DNA of 64,000 nt from an uncultured Sphingomonadaceae bacterium (GCA_964244885.1 CAXTKD010000002.1:40104-104103), one strand, 5' to 3'; shown: positions 17,209 to 26,695, counted from the first letter of the stretch. Translations and numbers: made by a program. The notes: generated by a model from the letters alone, not told the origin.

Positions 17209-18429
17209 GTGCCCTTCTTTTCGAGTTTCGACCGCTACCTCGCCCGGCTGATCGCGGTGCCGCTGTTCGCGACGCTGATCATCTCGGCGATGCTCCTGCT
17301 TCTCGAAAAGATGCTGAAGCTGTTCGATTTCGTGGTGAACGAGGGCGGGCCGGTGTCGGTCGTCTGGCGGATGCTCGGCAACACCATCCCGCAATATCTC
17401 GGCCTCGGCATCCCGATCGGCATGCTGCTCGGCACGCTTCTCGCTTTCCGAAAGCTGGCGCTCTCCAACGAGCTCGATGCGCTCCGGGCCGTCGGCATCA
17501 GCTACAACCGGCTGCTGTTCATCCCCTACATGTTCGCGATTCTGCTCAGCCTCGCGACACTGGTGATCGTCGGATTCATCCAGCCTTATTCCCGCTACGC
17601 CTATGAAGGCCTGCAGTTCGAGCTGCGGTCGGGCGCGCTCGGCGCCAGCATCAAGGTCGGCGAGTTCGCGCACCTCGGCAAGCGCACCACCCTCCGGGTC
17701 GAGACCAGCAAGGATCAGGGCCGCGACCTGGAAGGCGTCTTCGTCCGCTCCGAATCGAAGGACGGCAAGACGGTGTCGGTGACCGCCGAGCGTGGCCAGT
17801 TCCTCGCGACCGACGACCAGGACGTCATCCTGCTCCGGCTCTACAACGGCCTCCTCGTCCACGATTCGCCGAAATATGTCGCGCCCCGCGTCCTCCAGTT
17901 CGCGCAGCACGACCTGCCCGTCGACCTGCCGACGATCGAGGCGTTCCGGGGCCGCGGCAACGAGGATCAGGAGCGCACCCTGCCCGAGCTCGTTCGGGTC
18001 GGCGCTGACCCCAATGCGACGCTGAAGACCCGTAACGAAAGCCAAGCCAACTTCCAGCGCCGCCTCGTCCAGGTCCTCGTCGTCTTCGTTCTGCCGCTGC
18101 TCGGCGTCGCGCTCGCGGTGCCGCCCAAGCGCTCGACCTCGGCGCTCGGCGTCTTCCTCAGCCTCGTCATCGTCATCGTCTACAACGAGATTTCGGAATG
18201 GGCGGAGCGCAGCGGAGGCGCCGGCAAGCACGACATCATGACTATCCAGTGGGTGCCGTTCGCCTTGTTCACCGCGCTCTGCGCCTGGCTCTACTACGTC
18301 CTCGCCTTCAAGCCCGGCGGCCAGCCGATCGGCGCGCTCGACAAGGCGTTCGGCAGCATCGCCAAGCTCGTCGGCCGCGCCTTCCGCCGCCGCGCGCCGT
18401 GGCGCGACCGCGCGCTGTCGGCCGGTTGA
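17209..18429 (+). CDS. lptF: LptF-like YjgP/YjgQ-family permease
   Basis: FDRYLARLIAVPLFATLIISAMLLLLEKMLKLFDFVV...LRAVGISYNRLL shows the permease topology with a large periplasmic domain. Confidence 0.85.
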   Translation: MPFFSSFDRYLARLIAVPLFATLIISAMLLLLEKMLKLFDFVVNEGGPVSVVWRMLGNTIPQYLGLGIPIGMLLGTLLAFRKLALSNELDALRAVGISYNRLLFIPYMFAILLSLATLVIVGFIQPYSRYAYEGLQFELRSGALGASIKVGEFAHLGKRTTLRVETSKDQGRDLEGVFVRSESKDGKTVSVTAERGQFLATDDQDVILLRLYNGLLVHDSPKYVAPRVLQFAQHDLPVDLPTIEAFRGRGNEDQERTLPELVRVGADPNATLKTRNESQANFQRRLVQVLVVFVLPLLGVALAVPPKRSTSALGVFLSLVIVIVYNEISEWAERSGGAGKHDIMTIQWVPFALFTALCAWLYYVLAFKPGGQPIGALDKAFGSIAKLVGRAFRRRAPWRDRALSAG

Positions 18430-18433
18430 CCGT

Positions 18434-19525
18434 ATGTCGCTGAAGCCCGTCCCGTCGAAGACCATCGCGCTCTACGCGGCGCGGCTGTTCATCGTCCGCA
18501 CCATCGCTTTCCTGCTGGCGCTCGTCGTCATCCTGCAGACGCTCGACCTGATGGGCGAATCGACCAAGATTCTCGCTGGGCCCGGCGCCGACAGCTCCGC
18601 GCTGTGGCGCTATGTCCTGCTGCGCTCACCGCAGCTCATCGCGCAGTTCCTGCCCTTCTCGGTGCTGCTGGCGACGCTCGTTACGCTGGCGACGCTCAAC
18701 CAGAACAGCGAGATCGTCATCATGAAGGCCGCCGGCATCTCGGCGCACCAGATCCTGATGCCCCTGGTGGCCGCCGCTCTCGGCGTCGCGGTCGTCCATT
18801 TCGCCTTCAACGAGCTGGTGCTGGTCAGGACCAACGCCCAGCTCGACGCCTGGGAAGCGACCGACTACGGCGCGACGCCCGCCGCCTCGACCAGCCGCCA
18901 GGCGTGGGTGCGCGAGGGCGATCGACTCTATCATGCCGGCAACGTCACCGGCCACGACGCCTCGACCCGGCTCTCGGACCTGACGGTCTACGACCGCCCC
19001 TATGGCAAGCTCGCGAGCATCACGCGCGCCAAGACCGCCGATGCCGTCTCGGGGGGCTGGATGCTCCACGAGGTCCGGCTGTTCGACGTGACGCGCGGGT
19101 CGCAGACCACGCTCAAGTCGCTGATGGTCCGTACCGACATCACGCCACTGCGCTTCACCGCGACCGATCCGCAGCCCGACCAGCTGTCGTTCATGGAGCT
19201 GCGCCACGCCATCCAGGAGGTCGAGGCCGCAGGCCGCCCCGACGCGACGCTCGTCGCGGCGCTCAACCACAAGATCTCGGGGCCGCTGTCCGCCACTCTG
19301 ATGCCGATCCTCGGCTCGGTCGCGGCCTTCGGCCTCGCGCGCTCGGGCCGGCTGTTCGTCCGCTCGGTGATCGGCATGGCGCTTGGCTTCGCCTATTTCG
19401 TCGCCGACAATTTCATGATGGCGATGGGCCAGTTCGGCGCCGCGCCGCCATGGCTCGCCGCCTGGGCGCCGTTCCTGCTGTTCCTGCTGATCGGCGAGGC
19501 GGTGCTGTTCCGAACCGAGGAGTAG
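18434..19525 (+). CDS. lptG: LptG-like YjgP/YjgQ-family permease
   Basis: IALYAARLFIVRTIAFLLALVVILQTLDL...IVIMKAAGISAHQIL. It is paired directly with lptF. Confidence 0.85.
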   Translation: MSLKPVPSKTIALYAARLFIVRTIAFLLALVVILQTLDLMGESTKILAGPGADSSALWRYVLLRSPQLIAQFLPFSVLLATLVTLATLNQNSEIVIMKAAGISAHQILMPLVAAALGVAVVHFAFNELVLVRTNAQLDAWEATDYGATPAASTSRQAWVREGDRLYHAGNVTGHDASTRLSDLTVYDRPYGKLASITRAKTADAVSGGWMLHEVRLFDVTRGSQTTLKSLMVRTDITPLRFTATDPQPDQLSFMELRHAIQEVEAAGRPDATLVAALNHKISGPLSATLMPILGSVAAFGLARSGRLFVRSVIGMALGFAYFVADNFMMAMGQFGAAPPWLAAWAPFLLFLLIGEAVLFRTEE

Positions 19526-19526
19526 C

Positions 19527-20843
19527 TCAGGCCTTGCGGCGCAGCGCATGCCACAGCATGGCGAACGACAGCACCGACGACGCCAGCACCGCCCACGCCG
19601 CGCCGATGCCGCCGAATTCGGGCGTCAGCGCCACCATCAGGCCGAGCATCGCCGCGGTCGCGATGAAGCGCAGCTTGAGCGCCGCCGCCGCCCGCCCCTG
19701 CGCCACCAGCGCGGGCTCGAACCCCACGCCGCCGAAGTCGATCGCCGCCGCGATGCCCATGACCAGCAGGGTCGGATAGACCGGCAGGAACGCCGGCCCG
19801 GCGATCAGGCCGAGAACCGGCCGGCCGATGGTCAGCAGCAGCAGCACGACCACCGCTCCACCGATCATCGCCAGCCGCCGCGTCCGCGCGAACAGCCGGG
19901 CGAAGTCCGCGCCGTCATCCTCCCCCGCGTGGCTCCGCATCAGCTCGGGGAAGATCGCGCGCGACAGCGTCTGCGACAATTTGCCGAGCGCCTGCGAAAT
20001 CTGCTGCGCCACCCGGAAGCCGCCCGCCGCCGCCGGGGTTACCATCAGGCCGACGACCAGCACCGCGAGCTGCTTGCCGCCGATCGCCAGCGACGACGCG
20101 AGGTTGGTCGTCACCGCGTAGCCGAGGATCCCGCCGTTCTCCTCGGCGATCGTCCGCCAGCGCGTCCATTTGCGGTCGCGCAGGTCGATCTTCTGCTGGC
20201 GCGACGCGAGCAGCCAATAGGCGACCGCCGTCACCACCTCGGCGAGCGACCAGACGATCAGGAAGTTGATCACCGTCGGCTGCGTCAGCCAGACGAGGAT
20301 CGAGCCGATGAAGCGGACGATCGGCGTGAACGCGTCGGCCAGCGTCGCGTCGCCGAAGCGGTCGTGGAGGCGGAGGACGCCGATCGGCGTCGAGTGGATC
20401 GCCAGCACCAGCACCACGCAGATCGCCAGCGCCTGCCAGGTGAAATCGCTTGTCCAGCCGAGATGCGGGCCGATCAGCAGCATTCCCGCCGCGACCAGCA
20501 GCGCGCCGGTCACCCCGCTCGCGATATCCAGCAGGGCGCTGAAGTTGACCAGCCGCGCCAGCGCATCGTCGCGGCCGGCGTGGATATGCTGCATGCCGTA
20601 GCGCACGACGATCTGCCAGCTCTGGAAGCTCGCGAGCCCCGCGACGCCCTGTCCCAGCCCAAGCACCAGCGCGAACTGCCCGAAGCCCTCGAGCCCGAGC
20701 GAGCGCGTGGCGATCGCCAAGTAGAGCGTGCTCAGCACCGCGCTCACGCCCTTGCCGCCGAGCATCCAGCTCGCGTTCAGCAAGATGTTGCGAAGGGTGC
20801 CCTGGCGCGGGCGTGTGGCTTCGGGGCCGGGTTCGACTGCCAT
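19527..20843 (-). CDS. MOP/Wzx-type polysaccharide or glycolipid flippase
   Basis: 438 aa with about 12 hydrophobic segments. The N-terminus LRNILLNASWMLGGKGVSAVLSTLYLAIATRSLGLEGFGQFAL is typical of the polysaccharide-biosynthesis-protein (PST) family. Confidence 0.8.
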   Translation of the reverse strand: MAVEPGPEATRPRQGTLRNILLNASWMLGGKGVSAVLSTLYLAIATRSLGLEGFGQFALVLGLGQGVAGLASFQSWQIVVRYGMQHIHAGRDDALARLVNFSALLDIASGVTGALLVAAGMLLIGPHLGWTSDFTWQALAICVVLVLAIHSTPIGVLRLHDRFGDATLADAFTPIVRFIGSILVWLTQPTVINFLIVWSLAEVVTAVAYWLLASRQQKIDLRDRKWTRWRTIAEENGGILGYAVTTNLASSLAIGGKQLAVLVVGLMVTPAAAGGFRVAQQISQALGKLSQTLSRAIFPELMRSHAGEDDGADFARLFARTRRLAMIGGAVVVLLLLTIGRPVLGLIAGPAFLPVYPTLLVMGIAAAIDFGGVGFEPALVAQGRAAAALKLRFIATAAMLGLMVALTPEFGGIGAAWAVLASSVLSFAMLWHALRRKA

Positions 20844-20931
20844 GCCGCGTCATACGGTCCCAGGCCATGCCACTCAACCGCGCCCGGGACGTTCGCCCCG
20901 GGACTTTGGTTTACATGCATTGGATACTGGG

Positions 20932-22074
20932 ATGAAGTCGGGTTCGAAAATCGCCTTTCTGTTCATAGGGGGAGCGCATCAGATTTTCCACGCCGCGCCG
21001 GTCGCCGCGGAGATGGCGTGCAAAGAGCCGGGTGCCCGGATCGTCATGTTCTGCCCGGACAAGCAGCAGTGCGCGATGATCGCCGATGTCATGGAGCTCT
21101 ACGGCGCGACGGGCGTCGAGATCGAGCGGCTTCGCCTGCCACGCTGGATCCGCCGCGGCCTGAAGCTCTTCGGCATCCGCAAGTACGCCAAAAAGCCGCT
21201 GCTGTTCTTCTACCGCCACCTTTTCGAGAAGTTCGACGCGATCATCGTGCCGGAGCGCACGTCCGCATGCCTTCGCACCTTCGGCGTCCGCCACCCGAAG
21301 CTCATCCATTTCCGCCACGGCGCGGGCGATCGCGCGCCGACGTCCGAAAAGCGCCTGAGCGCCTTCGACCTCGTCGTCGTGCCTGGCGAGAAGGACGTTC
21401 GGCGCGCGATCGACACCGGCCTCGTCGCCCCCGACCGGCTGGCGGTCTCCGGCTACGTCAAGTTCGACCTTGTCGGGCGCATGCGAAAGAGGCGCGAACC
21501 GTTGTTCGCCAACGGCAAGCCGACGGTCGTCTACAATCCCCATTTCGAGGCCGGGCTTTCGTCGTGGCATCGCCACGGCCGCGCGGTCATCGAGGCGTTC
21601 CGCGCACAGGATGCCTTCAACCTCGTCGTCGCTCCGCATATCCGCCTGTTCGAGAACGCCAGCGACGCCGAGCGCGCCGGCATCGAGGCGCTGGCGGAGC
21701 CGGGCAGGATCATCATCGACGCCGGCTCGGCCCGGTCGATCGACATGACCTACACGCTGGCGGCCGATCTCTACCTCGGCGACGTATCGAGCCAGGTCTA
21801 CGAGTTCATCGTCCGCCCCCGCCCCTGCGTCTTCCTGAATTCGAAGGGCGTCGATTGGTCGCAGAATCCCAAATACGCCTGCTGGCACCTGGGCGAAGTC
21901 GTCGACGACATCGGCGCTGTCCTGCCAGCCGTCGCCGAAGCGCTCGCCGACCCGCTCGCACGCGCCCAGACGCAGCGCGCCGCGCTGGCCGACGCCATCG
22001 GCACGGAGCCGCGCGGCGCCGCGGCACGCGGCGCGAAGGCGGTGCTGTCCTATCTTGACCGCAAGGCCGCCTGA
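20932..22074 (+). CDS. Putative GT-B-fold glycosyl/glycerophosphate transferase (TagB/TagF-like C-terminus)
   Basis: MKSGSKIAFLFIGGAHQIFH...PTVVYNPHF...YTLAADLYLGDVSSQVYEFIVRPRPCVF resembles the CDP-glycerol transferase motif D.LITDYSS..FDF....P. The family assignment is weak. The ATG at 20932 was chosen over the 20728 start of the track ORF. Confidence 0.5.
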   Translation: MKSGSKIAFLFIGGAHQIFHAAPVAAEMACKEPGARIVMFCPDKQQCAMIADVMELYGATGVEIERLRLPRWIRRGLKLFGIRKYAKKPLLFFYRHLFEKFDAIIVPERTSACLRTFGVRHPKLIHFRHGAGDRAPTSEKRLSAFDLVVVPGEKDVRRAIDTGLVAPDRLAVSGYVKFDLVGRMRKRREPLFANGKPTVVYNPHFEAGLSSWHRHGRAVIEAFRAQDAFNLVVAPHIRLFENASDAERAGIEALAEPGRIIIDAGSARSIDMTYTLAADLYLGDVSSQVYEFIVRPRPCVFLNSKGVDWSQNPKYACWHLGEVVDDIGAVLPAVAEALADPLARAQTQRAALADAIGTEPRGAAARGAKAVLSYLDRKAA

Positions 22075-22143
22075 CCCCACGTCCAACTCTTGCCGCATTG
22101 CCCCGTCATTGGGGCGGCCAGTGATTTTCGAGGATACGCGACC

Positions 22144-22920
22144 GTGAAAGCTGCCCCCATTGCCCGCGTCGGCATCTGGAACCGCACCCATCATCTCGAT
22201 CGGATGACGCTGCGCGAGCTCGTCGTCGCCTATTTCCAATATTATGCGATCCAAGCCTATCTGGCGCTCGCCGCGGTCGCCGCTTATGTCGCCTTCGCCT
22301 ATCCAACGACGCTGCTGCGCGGCGCGGTCGCGGCGGTGTTCGCGGTCGCGGTCTATCCGCTCGCTTGGTATCTGCTCCACCGCTACGTGCTGCACAGCCG
22401 CTGGATGTGGAAGTCGCCGCTCACCGCCTCGACGTGGAAGCGCATCCACTACGACCATCACCAGGACCCCAACCATCTCGAGATCCTGTTCGGCGCGCTC
22501 TACACGACGCTGCCAACGATCGTCGCGGTGACGCTGCCCGTCGGCTGGCTGATCGGCGGCGTCGGCGGCGCGGCGGTGGCGCTCAGCGCCGGCCTGCTGA
22601 CCACCTGCTTCTACGAGTTCTGCCACTGCATCCAGCACCTCTCCTACAAGCCCAAGGCGAAGTGGCTGGCGGACATGAAGGCGCGTCACATGGCGCACCA
22701 TTTCCATGACGAGAGCGGCAATTTCGGTATCACCAACTTCGTCTGGGACAAGGCGTTCGGCACATTCTACGACCGCCCCGACCGGCCGAAGAAGAGCGAG
22801 ACGGTGTTCAACCTCGGCTACACCCCAGCGGTTGCCGAAAGCTACCCGTGGGTGGCGAAGCTGTCGGGCGGCGTCATCGCCACCGGCCACCCGCGCCAGC
22901 GCGACCGCAAGGCGGCCTGA
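22144..22920 (+). CDS. Fatty acid hydroxylase superfamily (di-iron, histidine-box) membrane enzyme
   Basis: The histidine boxes are HRYVLH, HYDHH and HMAHH(F)H, with 3-4 TM segments. A GTG start at 22144 preceded by GAGGA is preferred; alternatives are 22090 and 22204. Confidence 0.85.
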   Translation: MKAAPIARVGIWNRTHHLDRMTLRELVVAYFQYYAIQAYLALAAVAAYVAFAYPTTLLRGAVAAVFAVAVYPLAWYLLHRYVLHSRWMWKSPLTASTWKRIHYDHHQDPNHLEILFGALYTTLPTIVAVTLPVGWLIGGVGGAAVALSAGLLTTCFYEFCHCIQHLSYKPKAKWLADMKARHMAHHFHDESGNFGITNFVWDKAFGTFYDRPDRPKKSETVFNLGYTPAVAESYPWVAKLSGGVIATGHPRQRDRKAA

Positions 22921-22923
22921 GGC

Positions 22924-24075
22924 GTGGGAGGCGAGGTTCGGCTGAAGGCCGTCGAGACCGACCAGGATCGCAAGCGCTTCGTCGACCTGCCGTTCAAGCT
23001 CTATGCGAACGATCCCGCCTGGGTCCCGCCGCTCAAGAGCGAGGTCCACGACCTCATCGCCGGCGACCCCGGGAAAAATCCCTATTTCGAGCATGCGCGG
23101 ACTCGCATGTGGCTCGCCTTCCACGCTAATGAGGTCGTCGGTCGCATCTCGGCACAGGTCGACGACCTTGTTCAGGAGCATTGGCAGCAGGGCCTCGGCC
23201 ATTGGGGCCTGTTCGAGTGCATCGACGACCAGACCGTCGCCGACGCGCTCCTTAACACCGCCGAGAACTGGCTGCGCGAGCAGGGCATGACCAGCTCGAT
23301 GGGCCCGATCTCGATCTCGATCTGGGACGAGCCGGGCCTCCTCGTCAAAGGCCACACCATCCCGCCGACCGTGATGATGGGCCACCATCTCCCTTATTAC
23401 GAACGGCTGATCGAGGCGCAGGGCTATGCCGGGGTCAAGGACCTCTATTGTTACGAACATTCGATCACCGAGGGGTTCAACGACAAGGTCAACCGCATCG
23501 TCGCGGCTGGCGAGGCGAGCTCGCGCGTCCGCATTCGTCGCGTCGACAAGTCGAAGTTCGCGGCCGAAGCCGCCCTCATCCTCGATATCCTGAACGAGGC
23601 GTGGTCGGAGAATTGGGGTTTCGTGCCGCTGACGGCGCACGAGGTCGCGCACGTCGGCAAGAAATTGAAGCCGATCGTCTACGAGGATCTGATCCGCATC
23701 GCCGAGCTGGACGGCGAGCCCGTCGCCTTCCTGATGACGCTGCCCGACATCAACGAGCTGACCGCCGACTTGAACGGCACGCTGCTGCCCTTCGGCTGGG
23801 CCAAGCTGCTCTGGCGGCTTCGCAAGCCCAAGGTCCGCCGCGTCCGCGTGCCGCTGATGGGTGTGCGAAAGAAGCTCCAGGGCTCGCGCTTCGCCTCGCT
23901 GATGGCGTTCATGATGATCGAGCACGTCCGCCGCGACGTCGTCTCGCCCAAATATGGCGTGACGCATGGCGAGATCGGCTGGATCCTCGAAGACAACGGC
24001 CCGATGAAAAGCATCGCCGAAATCCTCGATTTCGACATCACCAAGACCTACCGCATCTACAAACGCGCCCTCTAG
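22924..24075 (+). CDS. Large GNAT-like acyltransferase-fold protein; candidate bacterial ceramide synthase (bCerS-like) by context
   Basis: 383 aa reading FVDLPFKLYANDPAWVPPLKSEVHDLI...EAWSENWGFVPLT..E......VPLMGVRKKLQGSRFASLMAFMM. This family is often annotated as N-acetyltransferase. The functional call is inference from locus content. Confidence 0.55.
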   Translation: MGGEVRLKAVETDQDRKRFVDLPFKLYANDPAWVPPLKSEVHDLIAGDPGKNPYFEHARTRMWLAFHANEVVGRISAQVDDLVQEHWQQGLGHWGLFECIDDQTVADALLNTAENWLREQGMTSSMGPISISIWDEPGLLVKGHTIPPTVMMGHHLPYYERLIEAQGYAGVKDLYCYEHSITEGFNDKVNRIVAAGEASSRVRIRRVDKSKFAAEAALILDILNEAWSENWGFVPLTAHEVAHVGKKLKPIVYEDLIRIAELDGEPVAFLMTLPDINELTADLNGTLLPFGWAKLLWRLRKPKVRRVRVPLMGVRKKLQGSRFASLMAFMMIEHVRRDVVSPKYGVTHGEIGWILEDNGPMKSIAEILDFDITKTYRIYKRAL

Positions 24076-25460
24076 ACGATCGCCGCCGCCATCGGCGGCG
24101 CCGCGAACTCAAGCTTCTTCGCCATGTGGCGGCGGAGCAGTAGCAGGCTGGTTACCGCCTGGAGCGCGACCGAGGCGACCGACAGCAGCCAGAAATCATG
24201 CAGCGTCACGCCGGGCACCTTGCTCAGCAGGATCGCCGGCAGCACGAAGGTCACCAGCCGGCTGGCGCTGCTGAGCATCGACGGCACGGTGTCGCCGAAC
24301 GCCTGGAACATGCCCGAGCAGGCGAACACCAGCCCGACCGCGACGAAATTCCACGAACTGATGCGCAGATAGTCCGCCGCGACCTTCACGACCTCCGGAT
24401 CGGTGGTGAACGGATGGATCAGCACCTCGGGCCGCCAGCGGCAGAGCAGGGTCAGCACGATCATGATCGCGCTGCCGATCAGCGCCGAGGCGCGGAAGGT
24501 GGCGCGCACCCGGTCGGGCAGCCTGGCGCCGAAATTCTGGCCCGCGATCGGCGCGGCGGCGAAGGCCACCGCCATCGCCGGCAGGAAGATCGACTGCGAG
24601 ATTCGCGAGCCGATTCCGAACCCCGCCTGCGCCTGCGCGCCGAAGCCGCGGATGATCCAGTACATCGCGCTGATGATGATGAACATCAGCAGGAACTCCC
24701 CCGCCGCCGGCAGCCCGACCGCGCAGATGCGCCGCCACACCGTGAGTTGCGGCCTGAGCCGCGAGGGGTGCAGCACCAGCCGCGACTGCATCCGACCGAA
24801 CAGCGACGCCATCGCGATCACGCCGACCAGCGTCGCGCCGGAACTCGCCAGCCCGGCGCCGGCGACGCCGAGCGGATGCCCGGTCCCCCAGCCGGCGATC
24901 AGCACCGGCGCCAGGGCGATGTTGACCAGCACGGTCAGCATCTGGATCAGCATCGGCGCGCCGACGACGCCCGCCGCGCGCAGCGCCGAGCCGATCGCGC
25001 TCATCGGGAACATCAGCGCCAGCGACGGCAGGAAGGCGAGCAGATAGGTCTGCCCGAGGATCGCCGTCGCTTCATCCGCCCCGAGCGCGCGAACGCCAAG
25101 CGAGCCGATCGTATAGCCAATCGCCACCGTGATCACGCTCGCGCAGAGCGCCAGCGACAGCGCTTGGTCGAAGATCAATTGCGCGTCGGCATCGTCCTTG
25201 CGGCCGATCGCCTGCGACACGAGGGACAGCGACCCCACCGCGACGAGCTGGCTCGCCGCCATGACGATGAAGGTCGAGCTCCCAGCGCTCGACACCCCGG
25301 CGATCGCCTGCCGCCCGAGATGCGAGACGAAGTAAAGATCGACGAGGAAATACAGCGTCTGGACGATCAGCCCAACGCCGATGAACGCCGCCATGCCGAG
25401 CAGGTGCCGGGTGATCGACCCCTGTGTCAGGTCGCGTTGCGGCTTGGCCTTGCGGCTCAT
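24072..25460 (-). CDS. MATE-family efflux transporter
   Basis: 462 aa with 12 TM segments. The N-terminus DLTQGSITRHLLGMAAFIGVGLIVQTLYFLVDLYFVSHLG is typical of MATE (NorM/DinF-like). The ATG is at 25460. Confidence 0.9.
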   Translation of the reverse strand: MSRKAKPQRDLTQGSITRHLLGMAAFIGVGLIVQTLYFLVDLYFVSHLGRQAIAGVSSAGSSTFIVMAASQLVAVGSLSLVSQAIGRKDDADAQLIFDQALSLALCASVITVAIGYTIGSLGVRALGADEATAILGQTYLLAFLPSLALMFPMSAIGSALRAAGVVGAPMLIQMLTVLVNIALAPVLIAGWGTGHPLGVAGAGLASSGATLVGVIAMASLFGRMQSRLVLHPSRLRPQLTVWRRICAVGLPAAGEFLLMFIIISAMYWIIRGFGAQAQAGFGIGSRISQSIFLPAMAVAFAAAPIAGQNFGARLPDRVRATFRASALIGSAIMIVLTLLCRWRPEVLIHPFTTDPEVVKVAADYLRISSWNFVAVGLVFACSGMFQAFGDTVPSMLSSASRLVTFVLPAILLSKVPGVTLHDFWLLSVASVALQAVTSLLLLRRHMAKKLEFAAPPMAAAIV

Positions 25461-25918
25461 CGGTCGGGCACTCCCGGGCTCACCGGGCCGATCGAGACGA
25501 TCTGCGCGACGCGGCGGATCTCGACGCTGTGGCTGAAGCGGTTGAAATCGTGCGCCCGCCCATTGACCGTGTTGACGATCGTGCCTCGACGCACCATCCC
25601 GTCGACGACCACGGAACGGCCCTTGAGATAGTCCTCGGGCGCCATTCCGAAGCGCTTCCGGAGCGCGACGCCGACGGCGGGCGACAGGCTGAAGCTCAGA
25701 TTGTCCGCCGCCTTGTAGTCGGCGGATGAGTTGAGAAAGGTCACCGCATGGCCATTCCGCCCCGTCGCCGCGACCGTCATCGCGTATCGCCCGGTGACTC
25801 CATTGGACGACGACGCATCGGCCAGCGCGATCGCCTCCGCCGGTCCCTTCGCCACAGGCGCGTCGGCGGCTTGCGCCGCCGACGCGATCAGCCCCGCTAT
25901 GAGTATGAGAGTCCGCAC
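25457..25918 (-). CDS. Secreted hypothetical protein
   Basis: Signal peptide MRTLILIAGLIASAAQA. I recognise no family. The stop overlaps the MATE start (ATGA), suggesting co-transcription. Confidence 0.6.
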   Translation of the reverse strand: MRTLILIAGLIASAAQAADAPVAKGPAEAIALADASSSNGVTGRYAMTVAATGRNGHAVTFLNSSADYKAADNLSFSLSPAVGVALRKRFGMAPEDYLKGRSVVVDGMVRRGTIVNTVNGRAHDFNRFSHSVEIRRVAQIVSIGPVSPGVPDR

Positions 25919-25927
25919 GGCATCCTC

Positions 25928-26695
25928 CTAGCGCAGCTCGATCCACACCGGCACATGGTCGGAGGCCCGCTCGCCGCCGCGCACCGCCCGGTCGATCTTC
26001 GCGTCCTCAAGCCGGTCGGCCGCCTGCGGGCTCAACAGCAGGTGGTCGATGCGGAGTCCCGCGTTCCGCTGCCAGCACCCCGCCTGATAGTCCCAGAAGG
26101 TGAACGCCTCGCCCTTAGGTTGCATCGTACGGATGGCGTCGGTCCAGCCGCTGTTGAGGATGCGGCGGTACGCCGCACGCGTTTCGGGCTGCACCAGCGC
26201 GTCGTGCGCCATCGCCTGGACGCTGAAAACGTCCTCGTCCGCCGGGATGACGTTCCAGTCGCCCGCCAGCACCACCGGCGTCTCGAGCGCCAGCAGTTCG
26301 GCCGCGCGCGTCGCCAGCCGCTCCATCCACGCGAGCTTGTAGTCGAACTTCGGCCCCGGCTGCGGGTTGCCGTTGGGGAGATAGATCGAAGCGACCCGGA
26401 CGCCCGCGATATCCGCCTCCAGATAACGCGCGTGGGTGTCTTCCTCGTCCCCCGGCAGCCCGCGCTGGATTTCGTCCGCAGGCTCCCTGGTCAGGATCGC
26501 GACGCCGTTGAACCCCGGCTGGCCGCTGACGATCGCGTGATAGCCCGCCTCCCGGATCGCATCCCGGGGGAATTTCTCCTCCAGGCATTTGATCTCCTGC
26601 AGGCACGCGACATCGGGCTGGCGCTCGGCGAGCCAGTCGAGCAGGCGCGGAAGGCGGGCGGCGATGCCGTTGACGTTGAAGGTGGCGATGATCAT
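25928..26695 (-). CDS. xthA: Exodeoxyribonuclease III
   Basis: MIIATFNVNGIAARLPRLLDWL...PDVACLQEIK...RIDHLLLS...SDHVPVW contains the EEP nuclease motifs. Confidence 0.95.
   Translation of the reverse strand: MIIATFNVNGIAARLPRLLDWLAERQPDVACLQEIKCLEEKFPRDAIREAGYHAIVSGQPGFNGVAILTREPADEIQRGLPGDEEDTHARYLEADIAGVRVASIYLPNGNPQPGPKFDYKLAWMERLATRAAELLALETPVVLAGDWNVIPADEDVFSVQAMAHDALVQPETRAAYRRILNSGWTDAIRTMQPKGEAFTFWDYQAGCWQRNAGLRIDHLLLSPQAADRLEDAKIDRAVRGGERASDHVPVWIELR

Noticed and set aside
19548-22058. 836-aa plus-strand ORF
   Set aside because: It runs antisense through the flippase gene, then in an alternate frame of the GT-like gene. The product is extremely Arg- and His-rich with no domain signature.
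20911-23967. 1018-aa minus-strand ORF
   Set aside because: It is antisense to three well-supported plus-strand genes (GT-like, histidine-box hydroxylase, GNAT-like). It has no motifs and its composition is dominated by R, A, G, D and V.
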